From: Mustelus asterias
Lineage: Eukaryota
Assembly (NCBI RefSeq): GCF_964213995.1
Contig: NC_135834.1
Coordinates: forward strand, 10,726,001 to 10,790,000
Direction: 5' to 3'
Length of the DNA: 64,000 nucleotides
Of the stretch, positions 50,205-63,281 are shown piece after piece (positions within the stretch are counted from its first letter, which is position 1; every line of letters begins with the position of its first letter). Made by a program: the position numbers and the translations under genes. The notes beneath the pieces were generated by a model. That model had not been told where the DNA came from. It did no database searches and was given only the letters and a program-made list of their open reading frames with translations.

Positions 50205-50650
50205 AAAACAGAAAATTCTGCAAACATTCCGGTCTGACACGAGTTGTAGAAAGAGAAACCGTGAACGCTTTCAGGTTGATAGCTATTGTCAGAACTGGGA
50301 AAAGTTAGCAGTGTAATAGGCTTTAAGCAAGCGAGAAGGTGGGGGAAGAAACAAAAAAGATCTGTTGAATGCTGGAAAACAAGTGATTTAAATGAAGAAC
50401 GGGTACATGGTGCAAGCCAATGGAAAAGTAAAGAAACAGGCGATGTCTTGAGGATCTGTGAATGCCAGAATCACGAACAGCTGCTGCCCAAGAGCAAAAA
50501 TAAGGAAAATTGAGAGAAACAAGGGGGTGGTTGGAAAACGAGCAATAAAGAAAAAGGAAGCAAAATGGGGGTAGAGGTTGCAACCTAAAATTGAACTACA
50601 AAAGGCTGTAACGTGCTCAGTCGAAAGATGAGATGCTGTTCCCTGAGCAA
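50205..50650 (-). mobile_element. Old Penelope-like 3' remnant
   Basis: The minus strand reads EQHLIFRLSTLQPF (GIY-YIG C-terminus-like), then a degenerate ctgacaa...gaaagcgtt hammerhead-like motif and a tttctgtttt end. Confidence 0.6.
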
Positions 50651-51134
50651 AGCTTTTCGAAATGACCTGTGCGGACTGCCGAGGAAACTTACCATTTGCA
50701 TCAAGTCGGACTTTATCATTCAAGATCCTTTTAAAGCTATATTGAAACGAGGCTACCTCCGCCGTGTCAATATTAGTTTGTAGTTAATCTTTAACAGTAG
50801 CTGATGGTGCCAATCATGCAGTATGAAAACTGCAGCCATTTAACTGCATGTTTTTAGGGGAAACAAAATGGCACGTCTGAAGATATGCACCTGACAAGAT
50901 TACCACACCCGGTCTTTCTAACCTCCGAGCTTGTGGCTTTGCCTTTGACAGCGAGTTAAAAATTCAACATCGTCAAAATTCCATTTTTGTCATCATTGAG
51001 TCCAGCAGATAACCCCCGCACCACTTGCTTTGGTCCTATGCTTGCTTTGAGCATCTTATTTCTTTGATATAAGTTCAGGCCACTGGAGGTTTAATTGATT
51101 TCATTGACCAATGTTTTGATTGTCTTTCTGATAG

Positions 51135-51340
51135 TTTCCACTGCCTGGCCTGGTATGGAAGAGGATAGTCATAAGCCTGCCATTAACCGGGCTTTGCTGC
51201 CAACAGCACCTCGTGCTGCTCGGGCACCAGATGTTGATATGAACCGAATTCCAAAGCAGCCACCCTACACCGCTTTTCTGGGCAATTTGCCTTATGATGT
51301 GTCTGAGGATTCCATCAGAAAGTTCTTCCATGGAATGAAT
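51135..51340 (+). CDS. EIF4B: eIF4B coding exon 3 (start of the RRM, RNP2)
   Basis: VSTAW...LPTAPRAAR...PPYTAFLGNLPYDVSEDSIRKFFHGMN|gtaagt; 206 nt. Confidence 0.97.
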
Positions 51341-51549
51341 GTAAGTAAATGAGACCAGTATACAGTTTATGCTGTTAGAATTAATCCCAGCAAGAGCCAA
51401 TTCCAGCGAGGATCCCATACCTTTAGGGGGAAGGGAGGGAGCAATAAACTTCACATATTTTTCTGTTGCATGAAGTTCAATCCAAGGTGAACTGCAACTT
51501 GTGTAATATGCCAGATGTATAATTTGTTGTTTCTTTTGGCCTCCCAAAG

Positions 51550-51666
51550 ATCAGTGCAGTGCGTTTGCCAAGAGAGTCCACCAACCAGGACAGATTGAAG
51601 GGATTCGGTTATGCTGAGTTTGATGATGTGGAATCACTGATGAATGCTTTGAGTCTCAATGAAGAG
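51550..51666 (+). CDS. EIF4B: eIF4B coding exon 4 (RNP1)
   Basis: ISAVRLPRESTNQDRLKGFGYAEFDDVESLMNALSLNEE; 117 nt, phase 0-0. Confidence 0.97.
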
Positions 51667-52390
51667 GTAGAGTAAATGTTTTCAGCCTTTTTGCATACGA
51701 ATTTCTCTTGGATGAAATATTGTATTATAAAAATCAGTCTTTTCACTAAACCTCGGATGTTTTAGTCTTCAGAAGTTACCACCCAGTGTCTTGATGTACT
51801 GACTATTTTTGTATCGAAGCTTTCAGAATTGCACGATGCTCTCGGTTACCAAGTGTCTTTTTCCAGCTTGTCATGGAAAATGCCTTGATGTCATTTGTAA
51901 ACTGACATCTTTGCTTCTATTACAAGCTCCAGTCATTGTTTACTGTCATATATAAACTGGAAAGCTGGTTCGCTCATTTGCCTAGATGGCTAACGTGGTT
52001 CAAAATAATGCCAACAGCACAGGTTTGATTCCTGTTCTGACTGAGATAGACTCTGAACCTGCCTTTTCGCCCTGCCCCTGAGTGTGGAAGGCATTGACAG
52101 GCCATCACTGACGACTTCCAAGAAAGATGGTTCAGGATGAAGCATCATCAGACCATGAGCCAAGAAGCCTGCTTTTGAACAGAGCACAGATACCATACCA
52201 TAAACTGAGTGGTACAACCGCCCCTCCCCCACCATATCAGTCCGTTCCATTCACAATTGCCCTTTGTTTTCTCAGATTTTAGGACATTTTCATTCTACAT
52301 TGAGCTTTTCTTGTGGTCCATGCCTTGCTATTTTGTGAGCTAAGTTCTCATGTGGCATGGTATTAAGAATTTTGCTGAAATCCGAATACA

Positions 52391-52689
52391 TCATAGAATC
52401 CCTACAGTGCAGAAAGGGGGCCATTTGGCCCATCCAACCTGCACCGACAACAATCCCACCCAGGCCCTATTCCCCGTAATCCCACATATTTATCCTGCTA
52501 ATCCCCCTGACACTAAGGGGCAATTTAGCATGGCCAATCCACCTAACCTGCACCTCTTTGGGATGAGAGGGGAAACCCATGTAGACATAGGGAGAACGTG
52601 CAAACTCCACACAGACGGTCACCCAAGACCAAAATCAAACCCGGGATCCTTGGTGCTGTGAGGCAACAGTGCCAACTGCCGTGCCACCC
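52391..52689 (-). mobile_element. HE1-like SINE within an old CR1 fragment, intron 4
   Basis: Tail, central unit and head are recognisable. Confidence 0.8.
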
Positions 52690-53751
52690 AGAATTCACAG
52701 AATGCCAACTTTTGACAAAGAAATCCATGTTGACTCCCTCTTATACCATTTTTATATTGGCTTTTCAGGACACCTAGGGCACCCACAAAAGTTGTTAGAC
52801 TGACTGAGCTGGAGTTTCTTGGATTATCATCTATGCTTTTAAAAATTGATAATCCTTGTCATCATTTCCAGTTCTTATGATTACCTAAAGATAATGGCAT
52901 GGAAAGACTGCTTTTGCTGGTTATCTTACTGCATGAAGTTCAGCTAGGTCTCGTGGCTTGTTTTACTGTAGCCAGTCAGTTCCTGTAGATGACCCCCCTC
53001 CTGTATAGCTTTCTCTGCCTCAGAACTTGTCCCATTATTGTAGGACTTTGAAATCTTCCCTAGTCATGTCTCACTGTCCAGCTCCAATCCGAATAATCTT
53101 GAGATGACTTGCATTCATATCTTGGGCCTCAGTTTGGAGTCTTAATTTCTCAAACTCTCCCATGACCTACATTCTTATGTGAAAGTGTTCTTCCATTTTC
53201 AGAAGCTTATCTCTTTATGTCCCTTGCTCTGGCATGCCCCACAACTCCCAGTTTTCTATTTATTGTTAAGTTTTTTTATGTCCTTGGCTGCATGATGCTC
53301 TTGAATACAATTTTCAATATCTCAGTCCTTATTCTCTCGCATTGAGGCCTGTGAACAAGTCCAGAACTCCAGGATTTTCCTGTACAGATTCCTCCTGTCT
53401 CCACTTTATTACATTCTCCATTTCCCCCACCCAATTTCATTCTTTGTTAGCTGCTAGCTTCTGTGTTGCTCTAGCCTGAATTAATTAGAACTAATTCTCA
53501 TTAATTAGGGTCTTTTCCTCCCCATTTTTAGGCATGAGAGCTTGTTTTGAGTTACTCTGTGTAATCTCTTGAGTCGTGGTTGAATGTGGTTTGCACAAAA
53601 TGACTGAATGATTTCTCAAGTTTTGCAAGACCATGTTTGTGATGGGCAATTTCCAGTCCATATGTTTTGCAATCAATAATCCTATATGTATGCCTTTAGC
53701 ACCATGTTACAGCCTTTCTATTTCTTATGATCGTTTCATTCTTGCACCTAG

Positions 53752-53806
53752 ATGTTGCAGAACCGAAGAATCAGGGTGGATATTGCTGATCAAGCTCAGG
53801 AAAAAG
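53752..53806 (+). CDS. EIF4B: eIF4B coding exon 5 (end of the RRM)
   Basis: MLQNRRIRVDIADQAQEK|gtgtgg; 55 nt. Confidence 0.95.
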
Positions 53807-54422
53807 GTGTGGTTTATATATTATTATAATAGTGACTGATATTGAAATGTTTTGTATGTTCCATGAGAGAGTGTGCCAGAACCTGCATTAAGATTACAAG
53901 TACCCACAGGAGTTTATTTGAATAACTTGCATTTAGATTTATGAGCAGCAGAAATGATGATGAGATATATAGTGCCATTTATTTGCTAACTGTGATGTAC
54001 TCTCCTTTATGACACTTTTTTCTGTTGAGATTTTGAAAGTAAATATATTTTAATTGCCCAGAAAAACTCTTCCAGACTGCTTTCTGATGTCACTTTTGCT
54101 TTTATGATGTGACTTGTATTTTTACCAGTATTTCTTCAGAGCAGGTCACAAGATGGAAACTTCATGTTATGGTGTTTATCTTGAAGGGACCATTCTATGA
54201 AAGTTTTGAACATCCTTGAATCAAATACTCTATCGATAACTAACTGTAATTGTGTACTTGCTCCTTTGGACTTGGCCAGTGAACAAAGGACTGACCTAGA
54301 AATGTTTGTACTTCATGGCTCACTGGACCGCTGAATGTAGAGTGTAAATAAAAGTACAATTCTGAGAATTTTTGATTGGCTTGACTTTAACAAAATGGTT
54401 TCCATCTCCACTTTGAATTCAG

Positions 54423-54557
54423 AAAGAGAATCGGGCAGGGGAGGAGATCGGGACAGAATTCGTGACGCAGAGATGGAGTCTGATTGGAGAGCTAGGCCAA
54501 CGACTAACAGCAACGATGATTATCCATTAAGAAGGATGGAAGATTCATTTGGGGACA
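54423..54557 (+). CDS. EIF4B: eIF4B coding exon 6
   Basis: ERESGRGGDRDR...SDWRARP...DDYPLRRMEDSFGD|gtgagt; 135 nt. Confidence 0.95.
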
Positions 54558-56862
54558 GTGAGTTCATTAGATTTTTACAGGCTGAGGTAATAGGTTAGCA
54601 TGTTGCCCTTTTTCCCCTGTCCTGCTGGGCATTAGATTGTAGAAAAGTCGTCTCCTCACCCTGCTGCCGGGGTCTTGTGTGAAATTCCAGCTAAGCATCA
54701 GCCCCTGCACACGAGTCAATATCATCTGACCATTTCATGCTAAAGCCATATTGATGGCTGGCATGGAGAAGTACAATTATGTAAAAAAAACCACTCTAGG
54801 TTAGAACTGGGGCATGGGAGTGTGACCTGCGAGCATTTAATAGTGACATCAGGTGCCAGGGTAGAATAAGTGTTCCATTTGCAGCCTCTGACATCACTCA
54901 CCTTGATTAGTACCATTTTATTTCCACACCAGCAAAATATACAAATATTTTTGCAGAAAAGGTGAGATTACAATGGGAAAAAACACCTGTAGTTGGAAGG
55001 ATAAAGGTAACGTGTAAAACAAAATAACAGTTGAGCCAGTACAAAGCAACCAAACCTTCTGGCTCTGAAACCCCTTTTTCCCCATTGTGTGAACAGTGTT
55101 TAGCTGGAGTGTTCTTTAGAACCTGATGGTTATCTAATTTCTATTCGCCACCTGTATACATCCTTTCAAGTCACAGGCTTTCTGTACCACATTCTCAGCT
55201 GAATGTTGAATATTATGAAGTAACAAGATGACTGATATTAATTCAGGCTTTTGGTTCTGTTATTTATAATCTGCTTGAGGTTTGCTTTGCTAACTCACTA
55301 ATGCATTGAATTTTTTCATCATCTGCCATCTTTAAATGTTAAGTCAAGACAGTGTGTGTTGCAGAAATTCGATTGAAGCACCTCTAGTGTTTTGTATCAA
55401 GTGCCATTTCAGATGAGCAGTTGGCAACATTTTTTAATGATGCCAGTTGAGTGGAGTAGCCATGGCATTAGAAAGAGGAATAGGTTTTGAGCCAAAGATG
55501 CATTGAACTACAGAATGAAGTTCCCCTGCATTGGTACAGTGCTGCCATTTTCTATAGCAAGAGATGTATACAAGGTAATCAAAATGTCCTAACAGTGCAG
55601 GATTTGCAAACTTGCAGCAAATTTCAACTTTTGTCATGTGATGGCTTGGTGTGGTAGTGCCCAGTTTCATCCTGCATTCCTCAGACAGTGACTTTGAGTT
55701 ATTTTAGAAAATGCTAACAGTATATGCTTTGCAAAACCTGAAAGATTAAAACAAAATGTCAAGATTACATGCTGGTTCTCTGAAAGCAGTTTATTATACC
55801 TGTGAAAAGGGCTTTGTACTCGAAGGTCCAAAAGTCCCACAGATTTGATGCTTCCACTGAGTCTGAATCAGCAGAAGATAGTTACAGGTACATTCAGTCT
55901 GAGGAATGCAAGACGTACAATGCCAACATACCCTTTCCTTTACAGTGGAATAGAGCTTAGTGAGATCTTGGCTTATTGATTATCTTGTCTTCCTTTCTTG
56001 TTCCATCACCCCACAGCTTTTCCTTCCTGAGTGCTGAACTACTCAATCTTAGACAACAGTTAATGGCCCTTCTGCCCTCATATTTACTGTTTTATCTCTA
56101 ACTTCTTGCCTTCACCGAGCTGGCTGAACACTCAGTACTTGTATAATTCTGCTTTTTGTTTCACTTGTTGTTTGCAGCTGTCCAGTTGAGTTTTAGGTCC
56201 GCTCCCAGCATTGAGACCTGGCGAAAGTCAAGAATAACAACCTCGAGCACTGAAATCATGGCACTTTTATCTTTCTTCAATCTCTTCATAGCTGTTAGCA
56301 TTAGTTACACTATCCAGCATCACCTTTACTCTTGTTCAGCTCCATGGAAATGCCTCTGCACAGTTCTTTTAACTGCTCAAACACAGTTAGCATATCTCTA
56401 TCAGTAGCTTTATTTTGATGTCCATGAGATTGGCCTGTGCATTCTTTCTCTCATCCATTCCCCCTCCCCCCTCCATGCGCACGGACACACTCGATTTGTA
56501 AAGCTTGTTTTCTAAGAAATTAAAATGATTGCAATATGCTGCAATTAGGACTTATCTACTTACTATTGGCAATATTTGCCAATATTCAATGCATAACTGC
56601 TCCTTATTAGTCAATTTCAGGATAGATGTATGATGTGCTATGACTACTAATCACCTAATTCACTACTGCGTGTGCAACACCAAGCATGGCTTACACATGC
56701 ATGTCATGTAGAAGCTCCAGTTGAGACATTATATATCACTTATTAGATTTTTCATACAAGATCATTCATCTCCATTGATTCTGTTTTCACATTTTAAAGG
56801 TGAGCATTCTTATGTATACAGTTTCTTGAAATGCTTAACATTTCCGACTCCTGAATTTGCAG

Positions 56863-56961
56863 GAACCAGGGACCGTTATGAGTCCCGTGACCGAGATGGT
56901 CTTCGTCGGGATGGAGATAGATACAGGGATGATGGCTTCAGGGATCGTGGGTATGACAGAG
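56863..56961 (+). CDS. EIF4B: eIF4B coding exon 7 (DRYG-rich)
   Basis: RTRDRYESRDRDGLRRDGDRYRDDGFRDRGYDR|gtgagt; 99 nt. Confidence 0.92.
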
Positions 56962-59002
56962 GTGAGTTTACTCTTGCCACAGCTACAGGATGAACAATGA
57001 AACACTTGCTCTCCCAGTACGTTGCTGTGCACCCAAAATATTGAAGAAACAATCACCTTAGTTGTTGGCTGAGTAAATGCACTCAATCGAAATTAAGACT
57101 ATGCCCATCCACTTTGGCAGCATATTAATATCACTGAAAGCACTGGTCATGTCTTTTCATTTAAAAAAAACTACTCTGCTTTCTTAAAGCTTAACAATAT
57201 CCTCTTTAAGTGGAAATTTTTATAAGCATCCCAGGTAAACAAGCATTTTACAGTAAATCATTTGAAAGGAACTCTGATATGTTTTTGTTGGTTATTATAT
57301 AAATGCTCCAATTTGGGTATTGCTGTGTGTGCCTAGCTCCATCATGCACACTGGAAGGGGCAGTCTAACTTGCAGTGCCTTCTGAATTGACTGCATAATT
57401 TATGAAGATTTTAAGGGTAAATATACTCAGAGACTTAATTTTTTTGATATAAACAGTCTGTGTAAATTTTCCATAAACAATGTTCATCAAATGGTATTGT
57501 ACTATTGCTTTAAGAACATGGATTTCCGATTTCTGAACCAGATAGCACAGTGCTAGTACATAATCATTTCCTCGTGCAGCCAAGTGTATTATAGTACGGT
57601 CTGGGACTGGAGCAAAGCAAACCACACAACATATGTTTTTGAACACTTGGAGGAAAGAAGGGATTGCATGTGCAATCACATTGAGTTTGTTTTTCAAACA
57701 GCAGTCAAATTTGAGCCAGAAATTGGCTGCAGTGCTCAAGACTGAAGGTCACTGCACACTAAGTGCAGTTTGCCGTATGTTTTACTTTTCAAAACTTTTA
57801 AAATAAGACATCACATAGGTACAGACTAGAACCAGATTTAAATATCCAAATTTGAACTGTGGGAGGCTCTTTTTTCCCTGTTTGACTTTAATTTTATTCA
57901 CAAGAACAATTCACTGTAGCTACAGGATATCACCTGAGGATATGTCGGCAAGGATCTGCCTCTGTTAGTTGGATCTGAAGTGATTTTCAGACGTCTTGAA
58001 GCACTCCAACATATTGCAAGAACTTGAAAAGAAAAGTTGCTTTTAATTAGTTTTGGGGACTCACATTTTTATTCTACTCTGTTGGCACTGTGACCATGCC
58101 CCCTTCCTTAAAGACTCAAGATCATTGCCATGTATTACCCCCCTCTCATTTTTAGCTCATTTTCAGTTATGTTTTTATATGTTTTTCTTTGTGCTGACTC
58201 TTCAGATTCTAGCAGAAAGTTTGATTTAGTTAGAGCACTTGGATGCACCTTCTGGGTCCCCTCAGTTACTGACCATTCCAAAATTATTTCTAAGCAATAT
58301 AGCTTTAATGGAGGTCTTTGTTCAGGCCCGGTAAGTAGTGTATGTGATAGCCTAAGTCAAGAGAAATGTGCTCTTGCATCCTGCCAACCTAAAGTGGTTG
58401 GATGTGAGGGTTAGTTTTCTGTCAATCTATGCTGTGTAAAATTGAGAGATTTAACAAAAGTTCGTTCTGTTTTTTTTTTAAAGAAAACACCAGAGCCAAT
58501 AGAGTTTTTTGCTACTGCTGAGCAAATTCTGACTAATTTCACCCTATTGCTAACTTGCTGCAGTGGGATAATGCTGTTGTTCTAATAGTACAACTGTTAT
58601 AGGTATGTTTTGGTTGGTAAAGTGGACCATTAGTATGTTCTCAGAGCTGGTGCCCTTCACTGCAAGACTGAGCAATGGCATAAAAATAGGTGGTTATATT
58701 TTGTGTTCCTTGGGACCATGGCCTTTTAATAAATTATATGCAACAGTTTTGAAATATTGGGTGTTGTTCCATAAGTGAAGCAGATTGCGTAAATCATTAT
58801 CAAAGTTTACCAGCAAATGAGGCATTCTGAAGAAGTGTTCTACTGAGATTAATAAAATATGCAAAAAGTGTTGCAGTTTCCACTGAGGACTGAGTGAATT
58901 AGGTGCATTATGCAGGTGAGTTACGTGGAAATAAATTTCTACAAGTGCTGACCTGTTCACCAGCGATTGTGAAATGTCTCAGCAGAGTGAATTGTTTTCT
59001 AG

Positions 59003-59188
59003 GCTCCCGGCGTGTATTTGGCAGTGGCTTCAGAAGAGATAATTATGATGACAAGCGGAGTGACGATTTCCGAGGTGGTGGTGATCGTTACAGTGACCGC
59101 TACAATGATGGATTTGACCGCTTTGATAGAAGAGATGAAAGGAGAAGTGACTTTGGCTCAAGAGATGAAACGAGGCATGAAGATAGAG
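59003..59188 (+). CDS. EIF4B: eIF4B coding exon 8 (DRYG-rich)
   Basis: GSRRVFGSGFRRD...FRGGGDRYSDRY...HEDR|gtagat; 186 nt. Confidence 0.93.
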
Positions 59189-59729
59189 GTAGATGATTTC
59201 TTACTAAAGGAAATGTTTTCATCCAAAACAAAACTTTGAAATGTCCTTGGAATAGCTCGCATTGCTTTTTGAGTCTTTTCCCAGTAATGATAAACTGCTG
59301 TTAACACTAAATTTTGAACTTACCTGCATGTGTCATTTTACAGGTAGGTGTTTTGTGCACTAATGTCATCAGCCCATTAACTTATCACATTCACTTCTGC
59401 CATGTTGAATGCTGACGCCTCGATTTTTGGTGCAGAATGGCTTCCAAACATTGTGCACAAAGTTATCATTCAGCAACTTGGAGTTACTGAACTTCATCCT
59501 GTGATTCCTGTCCCAACTGTATTGTCTTTTATCACATGCTAAAAGCCACACCATACTGACACTTTTCACTGCAACTCTGCTGATGCTGCATGCATTAGCA
59601 GTTTGATGTTGCTCGGCAAATCAGCTGAAAAACATCTCTCCTCACAATACTGCTTTGTCTCCTAATTGCGTGAGTGAATTTGAAATTGTGCAGTGTTAAC
59701 CACTTTGTCTTATGAAATTGTATCAATAG

Positions 59730-59973
59730 GTTCTATGCAGAGACCTAAACTGAACCTCAAACCTCGCAGCATTCCAAAAGAGGAGGTTGTCCGAGCACCG
59801 CCTGCACAGTCATCTGGAAGATCTGCATCCATATTTGGGGCTGCCAAGCCAGTAGATACAACAGCTAAAGAACGAGAGGTTGAGGAGCGATTGAAAAAAG
59901 AGCAAGAAAAGTATCAGCGGCAAATAGAGGATCAAGAAAGGGGGATTAAAGGGGTTAAGCAGCCAAGGGAAAG
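59730..59973 (+). CDS. EIF4B: eIF4B coding exon 9
   Basis: QRPKLNLKPRS...SIFGAAKPVDTTAKEREVEERLKKEQEK...PRE|gtgagc; 244 nt. Confidence 0.96.
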
Positions 59974-60674
59974 GTGAGCCAGTCCAAGTGGGCCCAAGCT
60001 CTTTTCAGGGTGAATTAAACTGGTCAAAAATTGAATGTGCGTGTATTTTACTCAAATTGCCAAGACCCAGGAAGAGCTAGTGGTATGTGGTTATTGCACG
60101 GAAATGCATTTTAGCGAAGTACAATTTTATTCCCTCTGCTGAAATCGTTGCTCACCATGCAAACTTCTGTGGAAGTTCAACATTTAAGTATATAGTCAGA
60201 AGCACTTTATGCCACTTGAAGACATTATTGTTTTACCTAAAGTGTTTATATCTCAAATTTTTGCAGCATTTGTAGTTCATTCAGACACAGCCTACAGTTT
60301 TACAAACTCTTGATAACTATGCTTGCACGTATTCTTGAGGTTATTTGGCTATTTAATGCCAGAAGTTGAACTGACACTAATTTGCTTAAAGTCTTCAAAA
60401 AGTTTAAATTGCAATACCTCCACCATTGATCGCAGCTTGTACCATCTGTAGTGCCATACCAGGCAACCTAATCATCTGATCCATGATTTGAATTTTAATA
60501 CTTTAAAAAATATATCTGTATGCAACACTTATCTTAACATTTTATAATTCAAGTTTTGCAGAAATGAAAGCTTTTTAGTATTAAAGATCTTTAATTTTAT
60601 GCAGATAAATAGATGTGGCAATTGAAAAATCCAACAAATGTGAATATTAAGACTAAAAGCATTACACGAATACT

Positions 60675-60882
60675 GTGCAGAGGCAGTGGCATTTCCTCCG
60701 GCTGCCCCAGTTTCATTTCACAGTCCAAAGGTGTAGGTTAGATAGATTAGCCATGGTAAATGCGCAGGGTTACGGAGATGGGGCAGAAGGGAGGGCTTCG
60801 GTGGGATGGTCTTCGGAGAGACGATGCAGACTCAATGGGCTGAATGGCATCTTTCTGCATTAGGAATTCTATGGTTCTATGT
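60675..60882 (+). mobile_element. Degenerate HE1-like SINE 3' part
   Basis: gtccaaaggtgtaggtta...gcagactcaatgggctgaatggc...ttctatggttctatg. Confidence 0.65.
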
Positions 60883-61139
60883 TTTAAGATTAGATTGACA
60901 GAGTTTTCAAGTGGATTACCACAGTACAGAAGCTGTGCAGGGCACGTGGAAGTATGTTTAGGTAATATATAGTTGAGTTGGCAATATGCTGGGGTGATAC
61001 GAATAAGGTGTTTCACAACGTGTTGCGTCTGGCCAAAAGTCGTCATGATGATTCAGTTGTCCATAACGATTATTTCACTTGACCAATCTCTGTAGCCTCA
61101 ATTAGCACGGTGCCATAACTAGTAAAATATGTTGCTTTT

Positions 61140-61690
61140 ATATGTCTATAGTCTCAGCCCCCTATTGATGGACTATAAATGATTGATCACCTAAGTCTGC
61201 AGATACACCCGACTTTCCTGTCTGCATCCAAAACTGTCTAACTTAGCCTTGATCCAGCCTCCACTGCTCTCTGGAAGAGCATTTCTCCTCCTCTTCTGTC
61301 TTAAATGGGAAACCTCTTATTTTTGAGTTGTGCTGTGTAGTTCTAGGTATTCCCCATGAAACATCCTCCCAGCATCAACCCTGTCAAGCCCCTTTAGGAT
61401 CTGATGCGTTTCAATAAGGTCACTTCTCATTCTTCTAAACTCCAATGAGTACAGGCCAAACCTGCTCAACCCTTTCCTCAAAAGATGAACCCAAATCAGT
61501 TGAGTGAACCTTCTCTGAACTGCATCCAGTGCAAGAATATCCTTTCTTAAATAAGGAGTCTGAAACTGTATGTAGTACTGTAGTGCAGTCTCACCAAAGC
61601 AATGTACAGTTGTTGCAAGACTGCTCTACTTTTTATATTCGATTCCCCCTTGCAATTAGGCCAACATTCCATTTGCCTTAATTACTTGAT
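61140..61690 (-). mobile_element. Old CR1 3' fragment
   Basis: Similar to the reverse-oriented CR1 ends at 22760 and 35730. Confidence 0.65.
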
Positions 61691-62185
61691 AATTCCTTTT
61701 GAATCACAATAAGTTTTGAGAGCATAAGCAGCAAGTGAGAACCCTATTTCATCACAGATTAACTTGGTTGTAAATTACTCTTCTGTTCCACTGGATGCTT
61801 GTAAATTCTTCCTTGTGGTGGACAGAACATTTTGTAATGTTTTTGTCACTCCTATTGTTTAAATACTTTTGCATCTACATGTAATTGGTGATATGGCCTA
61901 AGACTAAGAAAGTAGTGTTTGTAAAAGATTGCAATTCTTCCATCAGCAAAAAATTGTGACATTTTGACCCATAAGTTAATTTTAAAGCAGTGTGGAAGAA
62001 ATGCCCAGTTTACTTTTCTTACATTCTTCTGTACACATGTTTCCAAAGAGCAGTGTCTAAGTTGACACCCCGAATCATTTGGAAACATTTCTATTGACTT
62101 TCGAGTGATAACTAATTTTTCTGTTAATCAACATGTAAATCCTGGTTGTTGGTGCCATTTAATGATATATCTTGGTTCAATGTAG

Positions 62186-62280
62186 GCATCCAAGCTGGCG
62201 CAGTGAGGATCAGCTGGAGCGCCCAAGGACTGCTAGTGATTCTTCACAGCCGTCTGATACCACTGCTTCTGCAGGGCGAG
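62186..62280 (+). CDS. EIF4B: eIF4B coding exon 10 (S406/S422-equivalent region); the gene continues beyond the window
   Basis: RHPSWRSEDQLERPRTASDSSQPSDTTASAGR|gtaaga; 95 nt, phase 2-1. Confidence 0.93.
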
Positions 62281-62860
62281 GTAAGATTTTGTACTGGGTA
62301 TTTAAACGGTGGTCTGGTTGACAATTGGGCGAGTACTTTTGAGTTTTCTGCTTTTAAGCTGTTGAAGAAGATTGGTAGTTCTAAAGCTAATAAATTCATG
62401 CATTTTTAAAATTTGCTGCTTCAGGGAATTAAAAATTTGCCCATTGCAGTGTAAAACTTGAATAATGACTATAAAGAAATCTTCTGTTTAATGTGTATTT
62501 GTCAAACTTGACATTATTACAAGTAATTTTGTCAATTATTCAATGTGCATGAGTCACAGTTTCACCTAGTTGACAAACCTATTACCGAGTATAGAATCAA
62601 CCATGAACAAGTAGCAAGCAGCATGAACGGTGCAAAAACTACTGATTTAAGAAGAGTTTTTACCTATAAAACAGGAAAGACAGGTGGAAAGCAGTGAGGT
62701 AACAAAATTATTTTCTTAAATGCCTTTAGCCAGCAGCAGAATACTGTAATAAAAATCTTTCTGAAACACATGAAAATTTATACAATGCATGGAAGTACTT
62801 TAAACTGATCCAAACAATTGTGCATGTGCTGCTGAAAATCCATAAGATATACTTTCCTCC

Positions 62861-62916
62861 CTGGGGCCTACCTTTTGGGAGCCTGGAGCTTGAAGTTCCC
62901 AAAAGGTAGGCCCCAG
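62861..62916. repeat. Perfect 20-bp-stem hairpin
   Basis: ctggggcctaccttttggga - 16 nt - tcccaaaaggtaggccccag. Confidence 0.9.
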
Positions 62917-62955
62917 AGTAAGTAGGCTTCCCTAGCTTTTTTTGTGTTCAACTTA

Positions 62956-63281
62956 TAGGTCAATGTATCCTTTATCTGTAAATCCAAAACCCACATTTTT
63001 TGAACCTCATCAACCTTTAGCACGGAAAGTCTAGTTTGCACGGTTTACCTTGTGATTTTTGTGGTGAGCGTGTCAAAAATAAATTGATTACAGATACCTG
63101 ATTTATTATTCGTGGTACATTTTACTTTTCTAGCCATTTTGTTTACTTTAGACTATAGCCAGCCTAGGCTATTGTTATGCAAGTGGATCTGGGCCAAGAT
63201 GGGATATCAGAAGCCCGAAATTATCTGAAATCCAAAACGCAATCAGCCCCAAGGGTTTTGGATAAAGGATACTCAACCCTG
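62956..63281. mobile_element. Tc1/mariner-pogo (Tigger4/MER46-like) MITE
   Basis: ta|taggtcaatgtatcctttatc ... gataaaggatactcaaccctg|ta; TA flanks. Confidence 0.65.

Noticed and set aside
53954-54086. Possible intronic C/D snoRNA (ATGATGA ... CTGA)
   Set aside because: No terminal stem, no clear C'/D' boxes and no recognisable rRNA antisense element.
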